Below, piece after piece: positions 49,013 through 60,800 of a stretch of 64,000 nt of DNA (position 1 is its first letter; every line of letters starts with the position of its first letter). Source of the DNA: Nitrospinaceae bacterium (GTDB taxonomy: Bacteria > Nitrospinota > Nitrospinia > Nitrospinales > Nitrospinaceae); assembly GCA_965223665.1 (NCBI GenBank), contig OZ245011.1, positions 3,744,001 to 3,808,000 of the forward strand, given 5' to 3'. The translations under genes were made by a program, and so were the position numbers. Under the pieces are notes generated by a model that ran no database searches, had not been told where the DNA came from, and worked only from the letters and a program-made list of their open reading frames with translations.

Positions 49013-50005
49013 ATGAAAAACAAATACTTATATAAGGGAATAACAACATTGATTACGGTATGGGTCGGGATATTTTTTTCAATTAATGTATTCGCTGATA
49101 ATGAAGCAAAACTAACTACGGCCCCCAATGTGCCTGACCCTATAGGCAAGCGAGAAGCGCAAACAATCCAGATAAAGTTTGAAGCAAAGGAATTTAAAGG
49201 ATTTCTTGCGGAAGGTGTTCAATATGAGTTCTGGAGTTTTAACGGTATAGTGCCTGGTCCAATGGCCCGAGTCCGTGTAGGTGACCAGGTAAAATTTCAA
49301 TTATCTAATGCTAAATCCAATAGTCAACAACACAACATTGACATTCATGCCGTCAATGGACCCGGTGGAGGCGCAGCAGTGAACACTGTGAGTCCTGGTG
49401 AAACCAAGACATTTACTTGGAAAGCGCTCAATCCAGGTTTGTATATTTATCACTGTGCTGCCGGATCTATTGTAGATCACATTGCTAATGGAATGTATGG
49501 TTTAATTTTAGTTGAACCCGCGGGCGGCCTCTCTAAGGTAGATAGAGAGTTTTATGTTTTTGAAAGTGAATTTTTCTTAACTGATCCAGAGAATGGAGTT
49601 GCTGCATTTGACATTACCAAAGGTCTAGCGGAACATCCTACTTATGTTGTGTTTAATGGTAAAGAAGGGGCTGTGACAGGGAAGAATGCTCTAAAGGCGA
49701 AAACTGGGGAGACTATCAGGATTTTCTTTGGGAACATTGGTCCTAATGGAATTTCTTCCTTCCATGTAATTGGTGAGATTTTTGACAAGGTGTATCATGA
49801 AGGTGCAATCAATGGTCTTGTCAATCACAACATCCAAACCACTTTAGTCCCATCGGCGGGCGCCACAATAGTGGAATTCAAAGTGGATAATCCAGGGACA
49901 TATGTTTTAGTAGATCACAGCATTTTTCGAGTTGCTAAGGGAGCTATTGGCCACTTGGTTGTGACAGGAGATAAAAATCCTTCCATTTATTTGGGAAAAG
50001 AATAA
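49013..50005 (+). CDS. nirK: Copper-containing nitrite reductase (AniA-like)
   Basis: Signal peptide; HNIDIH, YHCA...HIANGMYG, SFHVIGEIFD, LVDHS; T1/T2 Cu ligands and catalytic Asp/His present. Confidence 0.95.
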   Translation: MKNKYLYKGITTLITVWVGIFFSINVFADNEAKLTTAPNVPDPIGKREAQTIQIKFEAKEFKGFLAEGVQYEFWSFNGIVPGPMARVRVGDQVKFQLSNAKSNSQQHNIDIHAVNGPGGGAAVNTVSPGETKTFTWKALNPGLYIYHCAAGSIVDHIANGMYGLILVEPAGGLSKVDREFYVFESEFFLTDPENGVAAFDITKGLAEHPTYVVFNGKEGAVTGKNALKAKTGETIRIFFGNIGPNGISSFHVIGEIFDKVYHEGAINGLVNHNIQTTLVPSAGATIVEFKVDNPGTYVLVDHSIFRVAKGAIGHLVVTGDKNPSIYLGKE

Positions 50006-50055
50006 TCAATAGAATTTTTGTTTGGTTGGATTCAAGGAAAGCGAAGGAAAGTGTC

Positions 50056-50988
50056 ATGAGTAATGAAGAGCAATTTTCGATAGAAAATAACTATTCAGCT
50101 TTGAAGCAACATTATCGCTTTACTAAAGCAGATGAGAATCTTCTTTTAGAAATGAAACCAGTGCTTGAGTCTCATGTAGATGAATTCATTGAAGGGTTTT
50201 ATGAATTCATTTGGAACTTTGGAAAAACCGCCGAATTCTTAAAGGATGAAGCGGTGATTACTAGACATAGAGGAAAAATATCTCAATGGTATCTGGATTT
50301 GTTCAGTGGAAAATACGATATTTCTTATTTTTCGAAGTTATACAAAATAGGAGAAATCCACGTAAAGCTGGGGTTGCCCACTCATTATGTGAACGCTGCA
50401 TTTAATTATGTTCGGGTGTTTTCTTTGGAAAAAATATCTAAACAATTCACCAGCAAATCTGACCTAACCCTAAGACTGAGAGCAATTGAAAAAGTCTTAG
50501 ATATTAACCTAGATATATTGACTAGCTCCTATCGTGAAGAAGAAATAGGCCGATTTTTATCTTTATCGAGAATCGAAAAAAGCCTATTAGGGACTTTGAA
50601 AAAAATAAGTGGCTATTTTAATTTTTTACTCTCTGGTGCATTAGTATTGGTGGCTTTCTTTGCCATTGGTTTATTTGGTTATGATGTTTACCTTTTGGTT
50701 TCGGATCAAATACCCATTGAACAGGGAATTTTAACTATTTTAGGAAGTCTGCTTATCCTTTGGGCAGCAATTGAATTGATTCAGGAAGAAATGAAGCATC
50801 TTCGGGGAGGGAAGTTTGCTCTGGAAGCCTTTATTGCTTTGGCTATAGCGGCCTTAATTCGAAAAATACTTATTTTTTCCCTTTCGCCAACAAAAACTAT
50901 AGATGTTTTATTGTACGGCCTTTTGGTCCTCTGTTTGGGAATTTCCTATTGGTTAATAGTTCAAAAAGTTGACTCTAGAGCTAAATAA
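50056..50988 (+). CDS. Protoglobin/sensor-globin domain fused to a PsiE-like 4-TM domain
   Basis: FT..D...L, FY, W..DLF.G.YD..Y...L.KIG..HVK.GL; C-terminal ILGSLL.LW..IEL..E, FI.LAI.A.IRKILI. Confidence 0.8.
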   Translation: MSNEEQFSIENNYSALKQHYRFTKADENLLLEMKPVLESHVDEFIEGFYEFIWNFGKTAEFLKDEAVITRHRGKISQWYLDLFSGKYDISYFSKLYKIGEIHVKLGLPTHYVNAAFNYVRVFSLEKISKQFTSKSDLTLRLRAIEKVLDINLDILTSSYREEEIGRFLSLSRIEKSLLGTLKKISGYFNFLLSGALVLVAFFAIGLFGYDVYLLVSDQIPIEQGILTILGSLLILWAAIELIQEEMKHLRGGKFALEAFIALAIAALIRKILIFSLSPTKTIDVLLYGLLVLCLGISYWLIVQKVDSRAK

Positions 50989-51015
50989 ACGTTCAGAATA
51001 CTGGGTGATTTTTCA

Positions 51016-51810
51016 ATGTCTAAAAAAATTAATTTATTTTTCGCAGTAATTGTATTAATCATTATCGGATTTGTAACAAGTTTTTCGATGGGAATCGCTG
51101 CTCAAGACAGTGAAGAAAAACCCATTCATCCCTGGGGTTACGAAGGTGGAACGGGTCCCTTGCATTGGGGTGAAATGGAACAAGACCATGAAAAACATCT
51201 CATGTGTCGGGAAGGGGTTCGACAATCACCCATTAATATCGATCACGTTCCAGGATTCAAATTGGGGAAGCTCCATACCCATTATATTAAAACTCCCCTG
51301 CGATTAATAAATAATACCCATACCATTATGTTGGATTATCAGGAAGGAAGTTTTGTGGAGTGGGAGGGAGAGACTTTTGATTTAATTCAAGTTCACTTTC
51401 ATTATCCAAGTGAGCACTTGGTGAATGGAAAAACATTTCCAATGGAAATTCATTTAGTTCATAAAACCCTGGACCATCAATACGTTGTAATTGCAATTTT
51501 TGCAAAGTTTGGTAAAGAAAACCCAACCATTCAAAAAATTTGGGACAATATACCTAAGAAAATCAACCAAGAAACCACAATTGAAAAAAGTTTTATTAAT
51601 GCCGAGAAACTTTTGCCTCCTTCCAAAGCATATTTTTTTTATAACGGTTCGCTAACTACCCCTCCCTGTTCAGAAAATGTTACTTGGTTTGTATTGGAAG
51701 AACCGATTGAAATTCATCCCAAACAAATAAGGGTTTTCAAGAAATACATTAAAAAAAATGCAAGGCCTGTTCAAAAATTAAATCATAGAATTGTGGTGAA
51801 GCTTCAATAA
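51016..51810 (+). CDS. Alpha-class carbonic anhydrase, exported
   Basis: Signal peptide, WGYEG.TGP.HW, QSPINI, QVHFH.PSEH, EIHLVH, GSLTTPPCSE.VTW. Confidence 0.95.
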   Translation: MSKKINLFFAVIVLIIIGFVTSFSMGIAAQDSEEKPIHPWGYEGGTGPLHWGEMEQDHEKHLMCREGVRQSPINIDHVPGFKLGKLHTHYIKTPLRLINNTHTIMLDYQEGSFVEWEGETFDLIQVHFHYPSEHLVNGKTFPMEIHLVHKTLDHQYVVIAIFAKFGKENPTIQKIWDNIPKKINQETTIEKSFINAEKLLPPSKAYFFYNGSLTTPPCSENVTWFVLEEPIEIHPKQIRVFKKYIKKNARPVQKLNHRIVVKLQ

Positions 51811-51816
51811 AATTAT

Positions 51817-54800
51817 CTATTCTTCTATGGTTACATTTTGAGTGTCGGTTCCAGTGTTTCCAGCGGTGTCGGTTGCCGACCAAGTGACTATAGTAAGTCC
51901 AATAGGGAAAGTGCCTGGCGCGTCGTTTGTGGGTGTTATAGATCCATCGACGAGATCAGTGGCGGTGGCTGTTCCTAAGGCAGGGTTTGGGTCGGTAGTT
52001 GTTATATCTGCAGGCGCTGTAACTACAGGTGCAGTGGTGTCCGTGATGGTTACATTCTGAGTGTCCGTACCCGTGTTGCCTGCAATATCAGTAGCGGACC
52101 ATGTGACTACGGTAAGTCCAACTATAAATGATCCTGGTGCATCATTTGTTGGAGTAATTGAACCATCTACAATGTCATTGGCAGTACCGGTACCTAGACT
52201 CACAGTCGTGGTTGGCCCAGTTGCTTCAGTTGTAATGCCAACGGGGGCGGTCACTGTGGGTGCTGTCGTATCCGTAATGGTGACGTTTTGAGTATCGGTT
52301 CCGGTGTTACCCGCCGCATCGGTGGCAGACCATGTCACGACTGTGAGTCCAACCGGGAATCCTCCTGCCGGTGCATCGTTGGTTGGTGTTAATGGACCAT
52401 CGACATCATCGTTTGCAGTAGCAGTTCCTAAAGCAACAGTTGTTGTCGGACCGGTGGCTTCCGTGTTGATGTCAGCCGGCGCGGTGACTACCGGTGGAGT
52501 GGTGTCTTCTGTAATAGTTACGTTCTGAGTATCGGTGCCGGTGTTGCCAGCGGTATCCGTAGCACTCCAGGTGACCACAGTGAGACCGAGCGGGAACGTT
52601 CCGGGTGCGTCGTTTACGGGAATTAAAGATCCATCGACCAGGTCAGTTGCTGTGGCGGTACCCAGATCCGGTGTGGTATCTGCAGTTGATAAATCAGCCG
52701 GTGCAGTCACAGTTGGTGCGGTTGTGTCTGTAATGGTGACGTTTTGAGTATCGGTTCCGGTGTTACCCGCCGCATCGGTGGCGGACCAGGTAACGACAGT
52801 GAGTCCAACCGGGAATCCTCCTGCCGGTGCATCGTTGGTTGGTGTTAATGGACCATCGACATCATCGTTTGCAGTAGCAGTTCCTAAAGCAACAGTTGTT
52901 GTCGGACTGGTGGCTTCCGTGTTGATGTCAGCCGGTGCAGTGACTACCGGCGGAGTTGTGTCTTCAGTAATAGTGACGTTCTGAGTATCGGTGCCGGTGT
53001 TGCCAGCGGTATCCGTAGCACTCCAGGTGACCATAGTGAGACCGAGCGGGAACGTTCCGGGTGCGTCGTTTACGGGAATTAAAGATCCATCGACCAGGTC
53101 AGTTGCTGTGGCGGTACCCAGATCCGGTGTGGTATCTGCAGTTGATAAATCAGCCGGTGCAGTCACAGTTGGTGCGGTTGTGTCTGTAATGGTGACGTTT
53201 TGAGTATCGGTTCCGGTGTTACCCGCCGCATCGGTGGCGGACCAGGTAACGACAGTGAGTCCAACCGGGAATCCTCCCGCCGGTGCATCGTTGGTTGGTG
53301 TTAATGGACCATCGACATCATCGTTTGCAGTAGCAGTTCCTAAAGCAACAGTTGTTGTCGGACTGGTGGCTTCCGTGTTGATGTCAGCCGGTGCAGTGAC
53401 TACCGGCGGAGTTGTGTCTTCAGTAATAGTGACGTTCTGAGTATCGGTGCCGGTGTTGCCAGCGGTATCCGTTGCACTCCAGGTGACGACAGTGAGACCG
53501 AGCGGGAACGTTCCGGGTGCGTCGTTTACGGGAATTAAAGATCCATCGACCAGGTCAGTTGCTGTGGCGGTTCCCAGATCCGGCGTGGTATCCGCAGTCG
53601 AGACATCAGCCGGTGCAGTCACAGTTGGTGCGGTTGTGTCTGTAATGGTGACGTTTTGTGTATCGGTACCGGTGTTACCTGCGGCATCGGTGGCAGACCA
53701 GGTCACGACTGTGAGTCCAACCGGGAATCCTCCTGCCGGTGCATCGTTGGTTGGTGTTAATGGACCATCGACATCATCGTTTGCAGTAGCAGTTCCTAAA
53801 GCAACAGTTGTTGTCGGACTGGTGGCTTCCGTGTTGATGTCAGCCGGTGCAGTGACTACCGGCGGAGTGGTGTCTTCAGTAATAGTGACGTTCTGAGTAT
53901 CGGTGCCGGTGTTGCCAGCGGTATCCGTTGCACTCCAGGTGACGACAGTGAGACCGAGCGGGAACGTTCCGGGTGCGTTATTCGTTGGGGTAATAGATCC
54001 ATCGACCAGGTCAGTTGCTGTGGCGGTACCCAGATCCGGTGTGGTATCTGCAGTTGATAAATCAGCCGGTGCAGTCACGGTTGGTGCGGTTGTGTCTGTA
54101 ATGGTGACGTTTTGTGTATCGGTACCGGTGTTACCCGCCGCATCGGTGGCGGACCAGGTAACGACAGTGAGCCCAACCGGGAATGAAACTGGTGCATCGT
54201 TGGTTGGTGTTAATGGACCATCGACATCATCGTTTGCAGTAGCAGTTCCCAGGGAAACGGTTGTAGTTGGACCGGTGGCTTCTGTATTGATGTCAGCCGG
54301 TGCCGTGACCACTGGTGGAGTGGTGTCTTCTGTAATAGTGACGTTCTGAGTATCGGTGCCGGTGTTGCCAGCGGTATCCGTAGCACTCCAGGTGACCACA
54401 GTGAGACCGAGCGGGAACGTTCCGGGTGCGTTATTCGTTGGGGTAATAGATCCATCGACCAGGTCAGTTGCTGTGGCGGTTCCCAGATCCGGGGTGGTAT
54501 CTGCAGTTGATAAATCAGCCGGTGCAGTCACGGTTGGTGCGGTTGTGTCTGTAATGGTGACGTTTTGTGTATCGGTACCGGTGTTGCCTGCCGCATCAGT
54601 GGCCGACCAGGTCACGACTGTGAGTCCAACCGGGAATGAAACTGGTGCATCGTTGGTTGGTGTTAATGGACCATCGACATCATCGTTTGCGGTAGCGGTT
54701 CCTAAAGCAACGGTTGTGGTCGGTCCGGTCGCTTCGGTATTAATGTCCGCCGGCGCGGTGACTACCGGTGGAGTGGTGTCTTCTGTAATAGTTACGTTCT

Positions 54801-57800
54801 GAGTATCGGTGCCGGTGTTGCCAGCGGTATCCGTAGCACTCCAGGTGACGACAGTGAGACCGAGCGGGAACGTTCCGGGTGCGTTGTTCGTTGGGGTAAT
54901 AGATCCATCGACCAGGTCAGTTGCTGTGGCGGTACCCAGATCCGGTGTGGTATCTGCAGTTGATAAATCAGCCGGTGCAGTCACAGTTGGTGCTGTCGTA
55001 TCGGTAATGGTGACGTTTTGAGTATCGGTGCCGGTATTACCTGCGGCATCGGTGGCGGACCAGGTAACGACAGTGAGTCCAACCGGGAATCCTCCCGCCG
55101 GTGCATCATTCGTTGGTGTCAGCGGACCATCCACATCATCGTTTGCAGTAGCAGTTCCCAGGGAAACGGTTGTAGTTGGCCCGGTGGCTTCTGTATTGAT
55201 GTCAGCCGGCGCGGTGACTACCGGTGGAGTGGTGTCTTCTGTAATAGTTACGTTCTGAGTATCGGTGCCGGTGTTACCCGCCGCATCGGTGGCGGACCAG
55301 GTAACGACAGTGAGACCGAGCGGGAACGTTCCGGGTGCGTCGTTTACGGGAATTAAAGATCCATCGACCAGGTCAGTTGCTGTGGCGGTTCCCAGATCCG
55401 GGGTGGTATCCGCAGTCGAGACATCAGCCGGTGCAGTCACAGTTGGTGCTGTCGTATCCGTAATGGTGACGTTTTGAGTATCGGTACCGGTGTTACCCGC
55501 CGCATCGGTGGCGGACCAGGTAACGACAGTGAGTCCAACCGGGAATCCTCCCGCCGGTGCATCATTCGTTGGTGTTAATGGACCATCGACATCATCGTTT
55601 GCGGTAGCGGTTCCTAAAGCAACCGTTGTGGTCGGTCCGGTCGCTTCGGTATTAATGTCCGCCGGTGCCGTGACCACTGGTGGAGTGGTGTCATTTATAA
55701 CGGTTTCATAAGTAATTGTTAACTTTGGTCGCCCTGATCCAGCTTCACTTGAATTGATAAAAATTCCGTCATTGTTGTTGTTAGTTTCTTTAATCACAAT
55801 TCCATTGTTATTTATGGAGCCATCAATCCATCCTTGAACTAAATTGATTCCGTTAGAATTTAGATTGATTATATTTTCACCAAACTGTCCCGGAATGATG
55901 GTTCCTAAAACTGAAGTACCAACATTGGTGGATGAACCTCCAAAAGTATTCCAGGTAACAGTCGATTCATTCCAATTGGTTAATGCTTGATGTAGGTTAT
56001 AGGAATCCGTGCTTACGTTTGAAAGATTTAAAGAGACACTTACAGATTGGACGGTTGCGTTTCCGGGAATAGTACTAATATCCCATGATATAACCGAAAT
56101 GACTTCGCCAAATCTTCCATTATCTGGATCAGGTTGAATGAGGTCCGCGCTTAAAGAAGTTTGGCTCCCATAGTTTGTATTGGCTGATGTTTCTCTCAAC
56201 AACGAATCCTGAGTTCCGCTGTATCCGGAATCGGGTTCCACTCCATTTTGAAATTCAATTATTGTTGGTCCTGAAGAGGGTTGGATTGTTATGTTTTGTG
56301 TGTCGGTTCCCGTATTTCCAGCAGGATCAGTTGCTGTCCAGGTAACGATGGTAAATCCAATTGGGAATATTCCGGGCGCGTCGTTAATTAATGAGTCGAT
56401 AATTCCCGAATTATCTGTGGCGGTAGCGGTTCCTATATTTGGTGTTGTATTGGTTGTCGTAATATCAGCTGGAGCTGTGACCACTGGATCCTCAGTATCA
56501 GCTAATAAAGTAACGTCTTGAGTGTCAGTACCGCTGTTTCCTGCTGCGTCCATTGCTGTCCATGTAACTGTGGTAGTGCCTAATGGAAAAATAGCCGGGG
56601 CATCATTTGTTAAGGAAGTCACTCCTATGTTATCTGTAGCTGTTGCGGTTCCAATATCCGGTGTTGGGTCCATTGTGGTCAGGTTCGCGGGGGCAGTTAC
56701 TACAGGGTCCTCTGTGTCGGGTCCTGAAGGAACGGTATAAGTAATACTCAATTTTGGCCGTCCCGACCCAGCTTCACTGGAATTGACAAAAATTCCATCA
56801 TTGTTGTTATTAGTTTCTTTAATCACAATTCCATTGTTTGCGATTGAACTGTCAATCCACCCTTGAACTAAATTAATTCCGTTGGAATTTAGATTGATTA
56901 TATTTTCACCAAACTGTCCCGGAATGATGGTTCCTAAAACTGAAGTACCAACATTGGTGGATGAACCTCCAAAAGTATTCCAGGTAACAGTTGATTCATT
57001 CCAATTGGTTAATGCTTGATGTAGGTTATAGGAATCCGTGCTTACGTTTGAAAGATTTAAAGAGACACTTACCGATTGAACGGTTGCGTTGCCGGGAATG
57101 GTACTAATATCCCAGGAAATAACAGAAATCACCTCACCAAATCTACCATTGCTTGGGTCGGGTTGTATGAGGTCAGCACTTAAAGAAGTTTGGTTTCCAT
57201 AATTTGTATTGGCTGATGTTTCTCTCAGCAACGAATCCTGAGTTCCGCTGTATCCTGAATCCGGTTCTACTCCATTTTGAAACTCGATGATTACGGGTCC
57301 AGTGGGGACTTGGAGAGTGACATTCTGAGTGTCGATTCCCGTATTGCCTGCCGGATCGGTGGCTGTCCATGTGACGACAGTGGTTCCCAATGGAAATGTT
57401 CCAGGGGCATCATTTATTAAAGAATCGATTATGCCTGAATTATCTGTAGCCGTGGCAGTTCCTAAATTCGGTGCTGGATCTGTAGTAGTGATATCTGCGG
57501 GTGCAGTGACTACAGGGTCTTCCGTGTCGTCCAGTAAAGTAACGTCTTGAGTATCTGTTCCACTGTTTCCTGCTGCGTCCATTGCAGTCCAGGTAACCGT
57601 GGTAGTGCCTAAAGGGAATGTTGCGGGAGCATCATTTGTTATGGAAGTCACTCCTACGTTATCAGTTGCTGTTGCTGTACCGATATCGGGTGTCGGGTCC
57701 AGGGTAGTCAAGTCTGCTGGGGCGGTTACCACCGGGTCCTCTGTATCTTCCACTAAAGGAGTGGTATAGGTTATCGATAACTTAGGTCTTCCTGAGGAAG

Positions 57801-60800
57801 CTTCACTTGAATTGAAATCGATACCGTCATTGGTGCCACCTGTTTTTACTACAATGCCATTATTAGGAATTGTTCCATCAATCCAACCTTGAACCATGTT
57901 GATTCCAGAGGAGTTTAAATTGATTATATTCTCTCCAAATTGTCCGGTAGAAATAACACCAATAACTGTTGATCCTACATTTGCAGTGGCTCCGCCAAAG
58001 CTGTTCCAGGTTACCGTACCCTCCGTCCAACTACTGCTTAAAACTTGAAATAAGTTATAGGGTCCAGAACTAATATTCGTTAAATTTAAAGAAATGCTTG
58101 CAGATGAAACCGTCGCATTGCTGGGAACGGATGAAATGTCCCAAGAAATTGTAATGATAAGTTGCCCAAAAGATCCATTAGATGGATCTGAATCGCTACC
58201 ATCTGCATTTAGTGATGTGCTGTTCCCATTGTTTGTATTGGGTGATGTTTCTCTAAGTTCGGCATCTTGGGTACCTGCATATGATGAATCCGGCTCTACC
58301 CCATCTTGAAATTCAAGAGTTGTGGGTCCTGAAGTAGGTATGATTGTTACGCTCTGAGTGTCAGTGCCGATGTTTCCTGCTGGATCTGTGGCCGACCAAG
58401 TAACAATAGTGGTACCTACAGGAAATGATCCAGGTGCATCGTTAGTTAATGAATCGATAATCCCAGAGTTGTCAGTTGCAGTAGCGGTTCCTAAGTTTGG
58501 TGCCGCGTCTGTGGTCGTAATATCGGCCGGGGCCGTGACCACAGGGGACTCATTGTCAGCTTGTAGGGTGATATCTTGAGTATCTGTGCCGGAATTCCCT
58601 GCCGCATCCATTGCCGTCCAGGTAACAGTAGTTGTGCCTAAAGGAAAAGTTGCCGGCGCATCATTGGTTAGAGAGGTAACCCCTACATTATCGGTTGCAG
58701 TTGCAGAACCTATGTTAGGTGTGGGATCCAATGTCGTTAAATCTCCAGGTGCTGTAACCACGGGTGGTTCTGTGTCTGGTTCTAAAGGAATTAAATAAGT
58801 TATGCTCAACTTAGGTCGATTTGATGTTGCCTCACTTGAATTAAAAAATATCCCATCATTGGTTCCACCAGTTTTAACTACGATTCCGTTATTAGGAATA
58901 GATCCATTTATCCAACCCTGGATTAGATTAATGCCATCCGTATTTAAAGAAATAATATTGTTTCCAAAAGGTCCGGTTGGAAGTGCTCCTATTACCGAGG
59001 AACCCACATTTGCTGTACCCCCTCCAAAGTTATTCCAGGTAACGGTTCCTTCTGTCCAATTGGTTTCAGCTTCATGTAAGTTATACGTTCCTGAACTAAT
59101 ATTAGTTAAATTGAATGTAATGGATGCAGATTGGACGGATGCATTGTTGGGGATTGCTGAAACATCCCAGGATATAACAGACATTACTTCCCCTATGCTT
59201 CCATTACCCGGGTCAGATTGGGAACCATCGGCGGTCAAAGAAGGATCATTTGGATAATTGGAATTGGGTGAAGTCTCTCTTAAAATGGCATCTTCTATGC
59301 CTGATTGAATATCGAGTGTAAATTGGTTGGGTGGAGGAACAGTATAAGAGATAGTAATTCTAGGACGTCGGGTGGCGACACTTGTTTCGCTTGAGTACAT
59401 TCTTAAGTCTTGCGTTCCTCCAACATTGGCTATTCGAAATCCGTTGTTAGAAATGCTTCCATTTACCCATCCCTGAACTAGATCTATTCCTGTTTGATTT
59501 AAATTTATTGTGGTCGAACCTGATGAGGATGCTGGAATTGTACCTACTAGACTTCCAACAAAAGAAGAATCATTGATAGAATTCCAGGTTGCGGTGTGTT
59601 CATCCCATTTAGTTTTTATTGAAATAAGGTTATGGCTGAAGGATGAAGAATCAAAAATATTAAAGGTAACACTGACTGAATCTATGATGGCTGTCTTTGG
59701 GATGGCGGTAAGATCCCATTTGACTACAGAGTCGACATCTCCAAACAGCCCTCCAGGAGGAAACTGTTCATCTCCGTCAGCACCAATTTGTGTGCCGCCT
59801 GCATCATTGGAATTTCTGGAAGATGATCTTATTCGAGAATCGGAGGTCCCAGAATATGTTGTGCTTGGTTCCACCCCATCTCGAAAACTAATAGTATTTG
59901 GAGTGGTGAGGACAGGAACCTGAACCGTAACTTTTTGTAAATCAGTAGCGGTGTTTCCCGCAGCATCTGTTGCGGTCCAAGTAACAATTGTTGTCCCTAA
60001 GGGAAATCCGCCGGCTGGCGCATCGTTTGTAATTGTGGGAGAGCCAATATTATCAACGGCTGTTGCTGTACCGAGAAAAACTGGAGTCAAATTGCCTGTA
60101 GATTCTGTGGTAATATCGGACGGGGCTAATATAGCAGGGTCAATACTATCACCAGAAGTAGGAAGTGAATAAGTAATAGAAATTCTTGGTCGATTTTCCG
60201 ATCGTCTGGACCACATCCGGATAGCGTTCCACCAATTTGGGTGTTCCCCAGGACCGCCGTTTTCAATTGCTAATCCATTATTTGAGTAAGTTCCATCTAT
60301 CCAACCCTGCACCACATCAAGGCCATCGGCATTCATTGGAATTATATTGAGACCAAACTTTTGTGGAGTTATGGTTCCCATTATAGTATTACTGATATTT
60401 GAGGAACCACCAATATTGTTCCAAGTGACAGAAAACTCATTCCAAGAAGACATAATTCGGTGAAGATGATAAGAGGTCTCACTTCGGTTAAATAAATCAA
60501 CGTAAACAGTAGCTGACTCAACAATTGCATTCGAGGGAATTGAGGATAAATCCCAAGAAATTAAAGTAATGGCATCTCCAACCACTGTATTTTCAAAAGG
60601 TCCGTGTGATAGGAGTTCAATTTTAGTTCCAAAGTTTTCGTTAGGATCGCCTTCAAAAATATAGGAATCCTTTGTTCCGTCATAACCTTCATGAGGAAAA
60701 TAACCATCTTGAAAGTCTACTGTGTATTCCAGCGGATCTTCAAATCCAGGAACAAAGGAAAAAGTCGTTCCTGGTGAAGGGATAGAGGTGTTTGTATCGT

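Noticed and set aside
44901-51810. Mobile element or genomic island call for the accessory block
   Set aside because: No integrase, transposase, tRNA or flanking direct repeats seen; only gene remnants suggest rearrangement
55715-57290. Possible DGR template/variable repeat pair
   Set aside because: Both copies are in-frame domains of one ORF, and there is no reverse transcriptase in the window
51842-60172. Many plus-strand ORFs (MPVLPAVSVA.. etc.)
   Set aside because: Antisense shadows of the repetitive Thr/Asp/Gly-rich giant gene; they repeat with its period
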